From the NCBI GenBank assembly GCA_963705385.1, contig OY970075.1, positions 381,673 to 445,672 of the forward strand: a stretch of 64,000 nucleotides of DNA, read 5' to 3'. Both the position numbers and the translations under genes were made by a program. A model generated the notes under the pieces. It ran no database searches. It worked only from the letters and a program-made list of their open reading frames with translations, and was not told where the DNA came from. Shown piece by piece: positions 10,130 to 19,613 of this stretch. The stretch comes from an uncultured Cytophagales bacterium. GTDB lineage: Bacteria > Bacteroidota > Bacteroidia > Cytophagales > Amoebophilaceae. Every line of letters begins with the position of its first letter. Positions within the stretch are counted from its first letter, which is position 1.

Positions 10130-11128
10130 TTAGGCTTCAGCTTTATCAGGGAGTGCTATTTGGGGAGTTTCCTCCTTGCCAATGCTGGTTGCCCCAGCTG
10201 AATTTCTCTCCTGTTGCTCTCCATTAGCTGTATTTGGCACAGCAACCTTAGCTGCTTGAACTGTTTGCTCAATAGTTGAAGCGAGCTTGTCTACCGTCTC
10301 CTTGGCGGCTTCAGAAATAACGGTTTTAGCTTGTCCTAAATGTTTTTTCACTTTTTCCGAGAAAACTACTTTTTCAACGCCGCGTTCTCTTGGTGGCTTT
10401 GAAGCTTCTGGTTTATCAGTGGTTTCTAAATCTTTTTCTTGCTGACGCTCTGCGAGCCCTTCTTCAATGGCACTACCAATGGCCTTGATAATCAATTCGA
10501 CGGAGCGAGCAGCATCGTCGTTACTGGGGATAGGATAATCAACCAACCTGGGATCTACATTGGTATCAACCAGGGCAAATACAGGGATACCCAGCTTTTG
10601 TGCTTCTTTAACAGCAATGTTTTCCTTCTTGATATCTACGATGAAGACAGCTGCTGGAAGCCTTGTGACGTCTGTAATACCTCGCAATAGCCGTTCAAGC
10701 TTGTATTTTTCTCGAGCAACTGTAAGCTGCTCTTTTTTGGCCATGTTCTTGTAAGCGTCAGTTCTCATGAGCTTGTCAAAGGAAGCCCATTTTTTCAAAA
10801 GCTTACGAATGGTAACAAAATTAGTCAGTGTACCACCTAGCCATCTCTCTGTTATATAGGGCATATCGAGCCGCTTAGCTTCTCGCTCTATTACTTCCTT
10901 GGCCTGCTTTTTTGTGGCTACAAACAAAATTTTTCGACCAGAACGGGCAATATTTTTTAAAATGTTAGCTGCCTCTTGTAGATGCAAGAGCGTTTTGTGC
11001 AGGTCAATGATGTGGATGCCATTACGCTCCATAAAAATAAAGGGAGCCATATTGGGATGCCACTTTCTGGTTAAATGTCCAAAGTGAACACCTGCGTCGA
11101 GTAAGTCCTTAGGTTTTATCGTGATCAT
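10130..11128 (-). CDS. rpsB: 30S ribosomal protein S2 with a ~100 aa C-terminal extension
   Basis: LLDAGVHFGHLTRKWHPNMAPFIF and WLGGTLTNF motifs. The core ends near aa 230, followed by a low-complexity acidic/Lys-rich tail. Confidence 0.95.
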   Translation of the reverse strand: MITIKPKDLLDAGVHFGHLTRKWHPNMAPFIFMERNGIHIIDLHKTLLHLQEAANILKNIARSGRKILFVATKKQAKEVIEREAKRLDMPYITERWLGGTLTNFVTIRKLLKKWASFDKLMRTDAYKNMAKKEQLTVAREKYKLERLLRGITDVTRLPAAVFIVDIKKENIAVKEAQKLGIPVFALVDTNVDPRLVDYPIPSNDDAARSVELIIKAIGSAIEEGLAERQQEKDLETTDKPEASKPPRERGVEKVVFSEKVKKHLGQAKTVISEAAKETVDKLASTIEQTVQAAKVAVPNTANGEQQERNSAGATSIGKEETPQIALPDKAEA

Positions 11129-11144
11129 TCAGTTGGTAATTATC

Positions 11145-11531
11145 TTAACGTTTGCTGAACTGGAACCTCTTTCTGGCTTTTTTACGGCCATATTTCTTGC
11201 GTTCAACCATTCTAGGGTCTCTAGTGAGGAGACCTGCTTGTTTGAGTCCAGTACGACGCTCAGGCTCGGTTTGACAAAGAGCTCTTGCAATGGCTAGACG
11301 GATAGCTTCTGCCTGTCCTCTGAGGCCGCCACCTGTTACATTTACTTGTATATCGTACTGTGCAGCTACCTCTGTCATGGCTAAAGGCTGATATACAATC
11401 ATTCTTAGCACTTCAGAAGGAAAGTAGTTTTCCAATGACCTTTTGTTGATTTTGATGTTACCTTGACCACTGGTCAAATAAATTCTAGCTACAGAGGTCT
11501 TTCTTCTGCCTATTGCATTGGTTGTTTCCAT
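11145..11531 (-). CDS. rpsI: 30S ribosomal protein S9
   Basis: [12 protein letters not shown] ... [19 protein letters not shown] ... [18 protein letters not shown]. Length is 128 aa. Confidence 0.95.
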   Translation of the reverse strand: METTNAIGRRKTSVARIYLTSGQGNIKINKRSLENYFPSEVLRMIVYQPLAMTEVAAQYDIQVNVTGGGLRGQAEAIRLAIARALCQTEPERRTGLKQAGLLTRDPRMVERKKYGRKKARKRFQFSKR

Positions 11532-11541
11532 GCCTCAGTTT

Positions 11542-11982
11542 TTATAGGATTTTTTTAGGTTGTTGGGCTGTGTGGTTATGCTCTGGGCCTGCATAAATAA
11601 AGAGGTTGTGGAATAATCTACGCCCTAGTCTGTTCTTAGGGAGCATACCCTTGACGGCATGCTCCATGATACGTGTAGGGAATTTCTCTTGAACTTTTCT
11701 AGGTGTGTTAAACCTTTGTCCACCTGGATAGCCTGTATGGGAGACATATTCTTTTTTATCCCATTTTTTGGCGGTTAGCCGCACTTCTGCAGCATTGATG
11801 ACAATGACGTTGTCTCCACAATCTACGTGAGGCGTAAAATGGGGCTTGTTCTTGCCACGAATAATAGCGGCTACTTGGCTAGATAGGCGTCCTAAGCTCT
11901 GTCCAGCAGCATCTACAAGTACCCATCCTTTTTGGATGCTTTGTCGGTTGACTGACCTTGTTTTGTAACTTATGTGATCCAC
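11542..11982 (-). CDS. rplM: 50S ribosomal protein L13
   Basis: WVLVDAAGQSLGRLSSQVAAIIRGKNKP..FTPHVDCGD. The track ORF starts at 12072, but L13 homologs begin at the xDxxSYKT motif. I therefore place the start at the GTG at 11980-11982 (146 aa). The start is uncertain. Confidence 0.88.
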   Translation of the reverse strand: MDHISYKTRSVNRQSIQKGWVLVDAAGQSLGRLSSQVAAIIRGKNKPHFTPHVDCGDNVIVINAAEVRLTAKKWDKKEYVSHTGYPGGQRFNTPRKVQEKFPTRIMEHAVKGMLPKNRLGRRLFHNLFIYAGPEHNHTAQQPKKIL

Positions 11983-12086
11983 CTTGTTTCTTAAAATAGC
12001 GTTTGGTGCAATAGTGACTTTACTATGCTGTAAACATGCAAAGCTAGTAGCTTGTTCTTTGAAATGCAACACGTTGTAGGGAGTTA

Positions 12087-12860
12087 TTAGACTTTATTCA
12101 ATCTACTTGTAGGTGAGCTATCAGTGTTTGTGTAATCGGCTACTGCGGCATACCGCTGGAGCTGCTTAATCAACACAGCAAAATCTTTTGGATAAGGGGC
12201 CTGTACAATAATATTTTGTCCCTGAAAACTTGTGAAAGCTAACTTATAGGCATGCAAAGCTACCCTTTGTGTCAAGGGTTGTTCTTGGGTATGCTGCTTG
12301 CAGCGGTAACGCTTTTTCAAGTCAGAAAGGTAAAGTAGATAACTGCCGTATTGCGTATCACCAATAAGAGGCGCTTTAAGATAAGCAGCATGCACCCTAA
12401 TTTGGTGCATCCTACCTGTAATAGGTTCGCAAATGGCCAACGTGTAACCCTCAAAGGCCTGCAGCGTCGTGAAGATCGTGGTTGCTTTTTTCCCCTCGCG
12501 CGCGTCGATTTTGGCTAGGTGTCTGCGCGTGATGCAAATGGGAGCTTCTACAAGGTGCCCCTGAAGATGATGGCTGCCTTTTAGCACTGCATGGTAGGTC
12601 TTGGCGACAGTCCTTGTTTCAAACTGATGGCACAGTGCTTTGTAAGCTTCTGGGTGCTTAGCCAGGACTAGTGCGCCAGAGGTTTCTTTATCTAAACGAT
12701 GCCCTACTTGAGCGTGCGGATGATAAGCTTTAGCAAGCTGTAAGAGGTTATGGCCCGGTTGTGTGCGGTCAGCTAGGGTTGTGATAAAAGGTGGCTTATT
12801 GATGACGATGTAGTCTTCGTCTTCGTGAAGGATTAAGGTTTTAAAATCAATGCTGGCCAT
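12087..12860 (-). CDS. RluA-family pseudouridine synthase
   Basis: VGHRLDKETSGALVLAK catalytic-Asp motif and GRMHQIRVH motif. Length is 257 aa with no S4 domain. Confidence 0.85.
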   Translation of the reverse strand: MASIDFKTLILHEDEDYIVINKPPFITTLADRTQPGHNLLQLAKAYHPHAQVGHRLDKETSGALVLAKHPEAYKALCHQFETRTVAKTYHAVLKGSHHLQGHLVEAPICITRRHLAKIDAREGKKATTIFTTLQAFEGYTLAICEPITGRMHQIRVHAAYLKAPLIGDTQYGSYLLYLSDLKKRYRCKQHTQEQPLTQRVALHAYKLAFTSFQGQNIIVQAPYPKDFAVLIKQLQRYAAVADYTNTDSSPTSRLNKV

Positions 12861-12944
12861 GCTAAGTAATCATCAATAATTAAGTTGTGAACCTACTTGG
12901 GGTCACAAGGGGAAAAAGGAATAGGTAACCCAATCAAAGAACCA

Positions 12945-13718
12945 CTAGAAATCACCTAATGACCTAGTGATCCTCACAAAATCCTCAACAGTAAGCTGTT
13001 CTGCCCGTTGGTCGAGCACAGCTAAGTTCCGCAGTGCTTCTGGGAGCAGTGGCTTGAGTGCATTCCGCAAGGTCTTCCTACGCTGCTGGAAACCTGTCTT
13101 AACAACCTTGAAGAAAAGCTTTTCATCGCAATCGAGCTGTTTTTTGTCATTGCGCTTGAGACGGACCACAGCGGACTGTACCTGCGGTGGCGGGGTAAAC
13201 ACTTGTGGTCCTACTGCAAAGAGGTACTCAATATTATAGAAAGCTTGTAACAGAACGCTAGGAATACCATACACCTTACTCCCGGGTGGGGCTACCAGGC
13301 GTTCTGCCACTTCTTTCTGGATCATACACACCACTTCATGTACTTGCTGCCGATGCGCCAGTACCTTGAAAAAAATAGGGGAAGAGAGGTTGTAGGGAAA
13401 ATTGCCAATGATAGCCAAAGGGGTGCTCCATAGCTGGTCTAAACCTAGTTGAAGGAAGTCTGCAGCGATAATACGGTGTTGTAAAACAGGATAAGTGCAT
13501 TGTAAATAGGTAACTAGCTCGGGATCTATTTCTACCAAGTACAGGCTAGAGAGATGCTTTTGTACTAATAGCTCGGTTAGGATGCCTGTACCTGGTCCTA
13601 CCTCTATGATCGTCCGCTGGCTGTCATCTGGCGTTAAGGCACTTACAATCTTGCGAGCAATGTTTTTGTCTTTGAGAAAGTGCTGCCCCAAGTGTTTTTT
13701 GGCTTTGCATACGGTCAT
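12945..13718 (-). CDS. rsmA: 16S rRNA (adenine1518/1519-N6)-dimethyltransferase
   Basis: KKHLGQHFLKDKNIARKIV, EVGPGTGILTELL and IIGNFPYNLSSPI motifs. Confidence 0.92.
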   Translation of the reverse strand: MTVCKAKKHLGQHFLKDKNIARKIVSALTPDDSQRTIIEVGPGTGILTELLVQKHLSSLYLVEIDPELVTYLQCTYPVLQHRIIAADFLQLGLDQLWSTPLAIIGNFPYNLSSPIFFKVLAHRQQVHEVVCMIQKEVAERLVAPPGSKVYGIPSVLLQAFYNIEYLFAVGPQVFTPPPQVQSAVVRLKRNDKKQLDCDEKLFFKVVKTGFQQRRKTLRNALKPLLPEALRNLAVLDQRAEQLTVEDFVRITRSLGDF

Positions 13719-13828
13719 TATTGGGAGGCTGTTGTTTGGAAAGCTTTAGGATATTGCTTGTGGATTGACCTAAGGTGCCACAATTATTGTGCTGCTCACT
13801 TTACTAAAACAATACTTACAGAGGCGCC

Positions 13829-14209
13829 CTAAGGCGACAGCTCAAATAATTGGTTCATGTCCCCCCTGATCCTTTCTATATCGTGGTCATTGGAGAGCTT
13901 GATCAAAAAAGTAAGGAGCGCATTGTAGCGTTCAAGCAAGCGGGTATACTTTTGTTCTAGTCGCCACAGCTCTGCAGCACCCTGGTTGCTGCCTAAGTCA
14001 AAGGTATTCTTGATCTCAGGAAACTTGGTAGTAAAATCGTAATGGATAATATCACCTACCCTAACGATAAATTCATAGCTCAAGTCATATTGCTTGAATT
14101 TGTTGTAGACTGTGTTTCTGCTGACGCTTAGCCTTTCTGAAAGGGATTTGATAGAATAGCCACTAGCTCTGACAATGGCTTCTACAATTTCACCTCTGTG
14201 TTTACTCAT
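13829..14209 (-). CDS. hypothetical small helix-turn-helix protein
   Basis: 126 aa. The N-terminal SIKSLSERLSVSRNTVYNKFK segment looks like an HTH. I recognise no further family. Confidence 0.45.
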   Translation of the reverse strand: MSKHRGEIVEAIVRASGYSIKSLSERLSVSRNTVYNKFKQYDLSYEFIVRVGDIIHYDFTTKFPEIKNTFDLGSNQGAAELWRLEQKYTRLLERYNALLTFLIKLSNDHDIERIRGDMNQLFELSP

Positions 14210-14450
14210 GGTATAATTTTAATCTTTTGTTAATCAGTTCAATATAGTGCAGAAAAGATCAAATAATATGTACATAAAGTGCTAAATTATTCAAATGTGA
14301 ATAAAAAGTGACTTTATTGACGCGTTGTAGTAGAAACTTTTGAAGAAAGAAGGGGGAGGGTAGTGGTGGTCGTGGAAGAGACCAGATGTGAGAGCGCATA
14401 GGCTCCTTGGTAGCCTGAAGGAGTGTATTGATAGGGTACATCAGTTGGTG

Positions 14451-14524
14451 CTCCTCCTGCTGGACTCGAACCAGCGACCCTCTGATTAACAGTCAGATGC
14501 TCTAACCAACTGAGCTAAGGAGGA
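14451..14524 (-). tRNA. tRNA-Asn (anticodon GUU)
   Basis: The reverse complement is TCCTCCTTAGCTCAGTTGGTTAGAGCATCTGACTGTTAATCAGAGGGTCGCTGGTTCGAGTCCAGCAGGAGGAG, with anticodon loop CTGTTAA. Confidence 0.9.
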
Positions 14525-14727
14525 AAGTGATTGTGCAGGGCAATATTAGCTCCTAACTTACTTATCCGCAATAGACAAGCCCTGAATTTTGGAATTGTGG
14601 TCTATTACAGGCGAGGTGTCTTCAACAGCTCAATTACAATTACAAACAAGGAGGTTTGTGCTGAGAAACAATTAAGGTAGTTTGGCTTTTTGAGGCGTTA
14701 TGCAGTGCACCTTATTTTGTAAACATT

Positions 14728-15762
14728 ATGCGTAAAAGAAATATACTCTCATTTGCTGCCATTGTTTGTGCCATACTCCTAATTTTCTCTTGGTTAACTG
14801 CTTATAGGATCTTTATGTGTCCTAACGTTCTCGTAGGAAAGCCTGACCAACATTTAAACATTGCACAGGGTATTAGTTTCAAAGAACTCAAAGCTACACT
14901 CCACAAAGAAGGGTATATCAGCAACCTGGCTTCTTTTAACCTTGTAGCATGTCTTCTGAAATACGATAAGAGGGTCATTCCAGGTGCTTATCGGTTGCAA
15001 ACCAATATGAGCAATTGGGAGGTCATTCAACTGCTCAGAGCAGGCAAGCAACAGCCTGTGAAGGTCGTTTTGCACCATATACGCAACAAGACAGAGGTAG
15101 CGGAAAAAATCACAAAAGACCTTGCGATGGATGCTGCTAGCTTTAAGCAATTGTTAAATACCCCAGCTTTCGTCAGCCAGTATGGTTTTAGTATAGAAAA
15201 TGTGATGACTATGTTCATTCCCAATACCTATGAGGTTTACTGGACTATTACTCCAGAAGGACTTTTTGAAAGGATGCATGCGGAGTACAAGCGATTTTGG
15301 AATAAAGATAGGCTCAATAAGGCGCAGCAACTCAAGCTTACTCCACGAGAAGTGGTTATTTTGGCTTCTATAGTACAAGGAGAGACCAACAAAGTTGAAG
15401 AAGCACCTGTTATTGCAGGTATCTATATGAATCGGCTAAGAAAGAAGATACCCCTACAGTCATGCCCCACATTGCTATATGCATTGGGAGATCCTTCAGC
15501 AAGGCGGGTATTGCACAAATACAAGACCATTAATTCACCTTATAATACATACAAGTATAGGGGACTTCCTCCAGGTCCTATCAGTTTACCTAGCATTGCC
15601 ATGGTCGATGCTGTCTTAAATTTTACAATGCACAATTATCTATATTTTTCTGCCAAAGAAGATTTTTCAGGCTATCATTATTTTACGCAGTCCTTTGAAG
15701 AGCATTTGCGCAATGCCAGGCGCTATCAAAAGGCGCTCAATCGCGCTCTTGTATACCGTTAA
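14728..15762 (+). CDS. mltG: endolytic murein transglycosylase MltG (YceG-like)
   Basis: N-terminal TM helix, LASIVQGET motif, and C-terminal PGPISLPS...YLYF motifs typical of YceG/MltG. Confidence 0.9.
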   Translation: MRKRNILSFAAIVCAILLIFSWLTAYRIFMCPNVLVGKPDQHLNIAQGISFKELKATLHKEGYISNLASFNLVACLLKYDKRVIPGAYRLQTNMSNWEVIQLLRAGKQQPVKVVLHHIRNKTEVAEKITKDLAMDAASFKQLLNTPAFVSQYGFSIENVMTMFIPNTYEVYWTITPEGLFERMHAEYKRFWNKDRLNKAQQLKLTPREVVILASIVQGETNKVEEAPVIAGIYMNRLRKKIPLQSCPTLLYALGDPSARRVLHKYKTINSPYNTYKYRGLPPGPISLPSIAMVDAVLNFTMHNYLYFSAKEDFSGYHYFTQSFEEHLRNARRYQKALNRALVYR

Positions 15763-15813
15763 ATCCATCCAACCATGGTGTACCGCAAGGTCACCGGGCT
15801 ATTGCGACAACAT

Positions 15814-16652
15814 GGCTCTGTTGTAAATAGAGGGTATAGAGGCTAACTTTAAGATCTGTTAATGATTAATGGGCAATAAACATACAAACCTTCAAAAGAG
15901 GCTATCTAATACGACCTCATCATCTAGGCCCTAAGATAGGATTGTAAGTACGGAATTAGCTATTGTGATTTGGGAGAGATGTTAGGTGGGTGGGAGTAGC
16001 CGTAGATCACTCTGCCCAATACCACTGTATGTAATATTACGCTCCTAAGCTATTAGACAGACTAAAATGATATTAAAATTAAAAGTCTAGGCTGGGCTTA
16101 TAGCTGGTACCTGGATGAGGCCTGTATTATAAAGAGCCAATGGGCTTATTGCTACAGAGCACTAGATGAAGCGGGTATACCATTTTTATCTATCCCCCCC
16201 TACGCGCAACAGCAAAGTTGAAAAACGCTTCATCAGCAAATCCGTGAGCATTTTAAAAAAATGGAAGCAACCCCAAGCCATTTATACAGACAAGCATCCC
16301 TGCTATAAAAAAGTTATAGTTGAGCTGGAAACAGCAGGAAAATTCCCCATGGACATAGAGCACAAGCAGGTCAAATCCTGCAATAATAGGCTCGAATCGG
16401 ATCATGGGAAGCTGAAGCGCTTGGTCAGCGCCACGCTGGGTTTTAAGACCATGAAAAACAACCTATGCAATCCTAAAAAAATGTTTGAGATAATGCGGAT
16501 GTTTAAAAAGGGGAGATTGATTTATAGAAGTATGGACAAGGGCTTCAAAGAGAAATTAGAATTATTACCAACAACTTATTGCCTTACTAGAGAAACACCT
16601 CTCCCAGCACTATGATCCAAAATTATTTATCTCTCCTATTTGCAACAGAGCC
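15814..16652 (+). mobile_element. IS6-family insertion sequence (~839 bp) with near-perfect terminal IRs and a decayed transposase
   Basis: IRL at 15814-15830 is GGCTCTGTTGTAAATAG. The reverse complement of IRR at 16636-16652 is GGCTCTGTTGCAAATAG (16/17 match), close to the IS26-type GGCACTGTTGCAAA end. The size fits the IS6 family. I see no 8-bp target duplication. Confidence 0.8.
15862..16615 (+). pseudogene. IS6-family (IS26-like) DDE transposase, frameshifted with internal stops
   Basis: The ORF at 16166-16615 contains TDKHPCY...EHKQVKSCNNRLESDHGKLKRLVSATLGFKTMK, matching the IS26 Tnp C-terminus (DHGKLKR, TLGFKSMK). Upstream pieces (ISYCDLGEMLGG, WAYSWYLDEACI.KSQWAYCYRALDEAG) lie in other frames with stops. 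Confidence 0.8.
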
Positions 16653-16712
16653 AGGAGCGGCCTCAAGGAGAAGTACAACGCTTTAAGCAATTGGTTGTGC
16701 CTTATAAACCTC

Positions 16713-17996
16713 CTATTTAACAGCAATCAGGTAATAAGACTTTTTACCTTGCTGAATGAGGATATAACGATCTTGCAAAAGCCTGATCAAAGGCTTTTGG
16801 TACGGGTCTGTAACCTTGACTTTGTTGATACTCAGCCCTCCTGCTTGGATCATTCGGCGTGCTTCTCCTTTTGAGTCAAAAATAACTCCTTGTGTAGTAC
16901 TAGAAACCAACTCCGTAACATCGGTGATAGCTTCCAGCTGTTCCTTGCTGATAGTTACTTGGGGTACATTCGCAAAAATAGTAAGTAAGTCTTGCTCAGC
17001 GAGAGCTTGGATAGCTTCTTGGTTGACATCGCTAAACAATATCTGAGCAGTCTGGGCTGCTTGGTTATAGGCGAGCTCTGAGTGTACGGTGATAGTGAGC
17101 TCTTTGGCAATGGCTTGCTGCAAAATGCGTTGGTGGGGCGCAGCGGCATGTGCTTGTATCAATGCTTCTATTTCTGTTTGGCTCAACAGCGTAAAGACTT
17201 TGACGAGCTTGTATGCCTCTTCATCTGAACAGTTCATCCAAAATTGATAGAACGCATAGGGCGAAGTCATGCCAGGGTCTAGCCATAAGTTGCCTTGTTC
17301 GGTTTTGCCAAACTTGCTGCCGTCTGCTTTGGTAATTAGTGGCGTGGTAAGGGCAAAAGCTGTTCCGCCTGCTTTTTTTCTGATCAGCTCTGCGCCAGCC
17401 GTTAAGTTGCCCCATTGGTCTGCACCCCCCATTTGTAGCTTTATTTTGTGGTGGGTATACAAGTAATAAAAGTCATAACCCTGCAGCAGCTGGTAGGTAA
17501 ATTCAGTAAAAGAAATGCCTGCTTCTAAACGCTGCTTTACTGCATCTTTAGCTAGCATAGAATTAACAGAAAGGTGCTTGCCTGTTTCTCGCAAGAACTG
17601 CAAAAGACCCATGTCCTTGAACCAATCCAGATTGTTGAGCAACACAGCACCATGCGCTTGACTAGAGAAGTCCAAGAAGCAGCTCAACTGTTTGCTGACA
17701 CAAGCTTGGTTATAGCGTAGCTCTTCCTCACTCAGTAGTCTCCTTTCTGTTGACTTCCCTGAAGGATCTCCAATCATGCCCGTGGCACTTCCCACTACAA
17801 CCACAGGCTTGTGGCCTGCTAGCTGCAAGTGTCTGAGTAACATGATGGTGGCCAGGTTCCCAATGTGTAAAGATGGAGCTGTAGGATCAAAGCCCACATA
17901 GCCAGCAGTATTTTCTTTTTTCAGCTGTTCTTCGGTGCCAGGAATGATGCTATGAATCATACCGCGCCAGCGCAGGTTAGCGACAAAATCTTGCAT
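16713..17996 (-). CDS. tyrS: tyrosine--tRNA ligase
   Basis: GFDPTAPSLHIGNL (HIGH motif), KFGKT (KMSKS-like motif) and a C-terminal S4-like domain. Length is 427 aa. Confidence 0.95.
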   Translation of the reverse strand: MQDFVANLRWRGMIHSIIPGTEEQLKKENTAGYVGFDPTAPSLHIGNLATIMLLRHLQLAGHKPVVVVGSATGMIGDPSGKSTERRLLSEEELRYNQACVSKQLSCFLDFSSQAHGAVLLNNLDWFKDMGLLQFLRETGKHLSVNSMLAKDAVKQRLEAGISFTEFTYQLLQGYDFYYLYTHHKIKLQMGGADQWGNLTAGAELIRKKAGGTAFALTTPLITKADGSKFGKTEQGNLWLDPGMTSPYAFYQFWMNCSDEEAYKLVKVFTLLSQTEIEALIQAHAAAPHQRILQQAIAKELTITVHSELAYNQAAQTAQILFSDVNQEAIQALAEQDLLTIFANVPQVTISKEQLEAITDVTELVSSTTQGVIFDSKGEARRMIQAGGLSINKVKVTDPYQKPLIRLLQDRYILIQQGKKSYYLIAVK

Positions 17997-18379
17997 ACAG
18001 AATCAACTTCGTAAAGGTTGGCCAATATAAAAGCCTCTTGGGAGAGAAGCAAAGTGAGTATGGATTGTAAAGGATAGGTAGCTGCGCATTGCTTTGCTAA
18101 AATTTCCTGGACTATAAGGAGGCTGTTGAGCAAAGATTTATAGCCTCTCAAAGTTATTCGACTTAAATTTGTCTCGCCAGCTGTCAACAAACAGAAAAAG
18201 TAAAAGCATTGAAGGATGCAAAAACTTGAATATTGTTGACACAGCCAAACTAATACTGTCCTGCAAGTACTAAGATAGACCTTGGGCGGAGTTTCCAATA
18301 TGCTTGTAAATCGTATCAACAAAACACTTTGAAATCTTAACTTCTTATATAGAAAAGGCTAAAAATTTAAAAAGAGAGC

Positions 18380-19411
18380 TTGAGAAACGGACACCATTAT
18401 TGCATAGAGGAAGAGCACGGGCTCTTTGAACACCATATCCTCACAGTAGATCCTAAGCAGGGGACAACAAGGATCGATAAGTTTTTGATAGACCGCTTGC
18501 CCAATACTACACGTAACAGGATTCAGCTGGCTATTGAGAACAAGTTTATCCTTGTCAACCAGCAGCCCACCAAGCCGAGCTACAAAGTCAGACCACAGGA
18601 TGAGATTAAGGTAGTACTTCCTATGCCACCACGGCTCAATGAAGTAGAGCCTGAGCCTATTGCATTAGACCTTATCTACGAAGATGAAGACTTACTTATT
18701 GTCAATAAGCCTGCAGGAATGGTCGTGCATCCTGCCTATAACAACTGGACTGGAACACTGGTCAATGCACTGGTACATCACTTTAAGCAGCTTCCTACTC
18801 AGAAGTATAATGAGGGGAGGCCAGGCTTGGTGCACCGAATTGATAAAGACACCTCGGGGTTGTTAGTGATTGCCAAAACTGAGGAAAGTATGACTGCCTT
18901 GGCCAAACAATTTTATGACCATTCTATAGAACGGACCTACTATGCGCTCGTGTGGGGGGAACCTACTGCAGCCACGGGCACTATTGATACCAAGGTTGGC
19001 AGGAGTCCCAAAGATCGACGAATGATGGCTACTTTTTCTGAAACAGAAACAGGCAAGCGTGCTGTCACCCATTACCAGGTTATTGAAAATCTGCGTTATG
19101 TCTCGCTGTTAAAATGTAACCTTGAAACAGGCCGTACCCACCAAATCCGTACACACATGAAACACTTGGGGCATCCTATCTTCAACGATGCTATGTATGG
19201 AGGCGACCAAATCTTAAGGGGGCAACGTTTTTCAAAATACAAAGCCTTTGTGCAGAACTGCTTTCAGCTGATGCCTCGCCAGGCGCTGCATGCCCAATCT
19301 TTGGGATTCATGCACCCTACGACTCGCCAAGCCATGCAGTTTGAAGCCCCGTTGCCTCAAGACTTTCAGCAGGTGTTAGACAAGTGGAAACGGTATATAC
19401 AATGGACGTAG
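18380..19411 (+). CDS. rluD: 23S rRNA pseudouridine synthase RluD (S4 domain + RluA catalytic domain)
   Basis: RIDKFL S4-like N-terminus, LVHRIDKDTSGLLVIAK catalytic motif, and GRTHQIRTHM. The start is a TTG per the track and is uncertain by a few codons. Confidence 0.9.
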   Translation: MRNGHHYCIEEEHGLFEHHILTVDPKQGTTRIDKFLIDRLPNTTRNRIQLAIENKFILVNQQPTKPSYKVRPQDEIKVVLPMPPRLNEVEPEPIALDLIYEDEDLLIVNKPAGMVVHPAYNNWTGTLVNALVHHFKQLPTQKYNEGRPGLVHRIDKDTSGLLVIAKTEESMTALAKQFYDHSIERTYYALVWGEPTAATGTIDTKVGRSPKDRRMMATFSETETGKRAVTHYQVIENLRYVSLLKCNLETGRTHQIRTHMKHLGHPIFNDAMYGGDQILRGQRFSKYKAFVQNCFQLMPRQALHAQSLGFMHPTTRQAMQFEAPLPQDFQQVLDKWKRYIQWT

Positions 19412-19428
19412 CATCGTTTTGTCCAGTA

Positions 19429-19469
19429 CACCTTACAAATTCGGAATTTAGTTCCGAATTTGTAAGGTG
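19429..19469. repeat. perfect 18-bp-stem palindromic hairpin (family 1), immediately after the rluD stop
   Basis: CACCTTACAAATTCGGAA-TTTAG-TTCCGAATTTGTAAGGTG. The stem is 19429-19446 paired with 19452-19469. Confidence 0.85.
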
Positions 19470-19579
19470 TAGAAGCAGCTATATGTTTTCGCCCTTGGCT
19501 TTTCTTAGCCATCAAAATATTGATTTCAAGGCAACAGCGCGGCCTTGAAGCAACATCCCTCGGCATTACCGAAAAGATA

Positions 19580-19612
19580 TTGCAGATTCGGAATTTTATT
19601 CCGAATCTGCAA
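19580..19612. repeat. second copy of the family-1 palindromic hairpin (15-bp stem)
   Basis: TTGCAGATTCGGAAT-TTT-ATTCCGAATCTGCAA followed by GGTG. It shares the ATTCGGAAT/ATTCCGAAT core and the AAGGTG tail with the 19429 copy. The outer-stem differences are compensatory (ACAAAT/ATTTGT versus GCAGAT/ATCTGC). Confidence 0.8.
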
Positions 19613-19613
19613 G

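Noticed and set aside
13829-14524. Possible integrative element at tRNA-Asn (small HTH gene plus an AT-rich spacer next to the tRNA)
   Set aside because: There is no integrase, no direct repeat of the tRNA 3' end that I could find, and no other phage or ICE genes. One small HTH gene is insufficient.
15797-15813. Sequence CTATTGCGACAACATGG just outside the IS6 left end, which loosely resembles an IS right end (CTATTTGCAACAGAGCC) and could indicate a former tandem IS copy
   Set aside because: Only about 11 of 17 positions match. This cannot be distinguished from chance without more copies.
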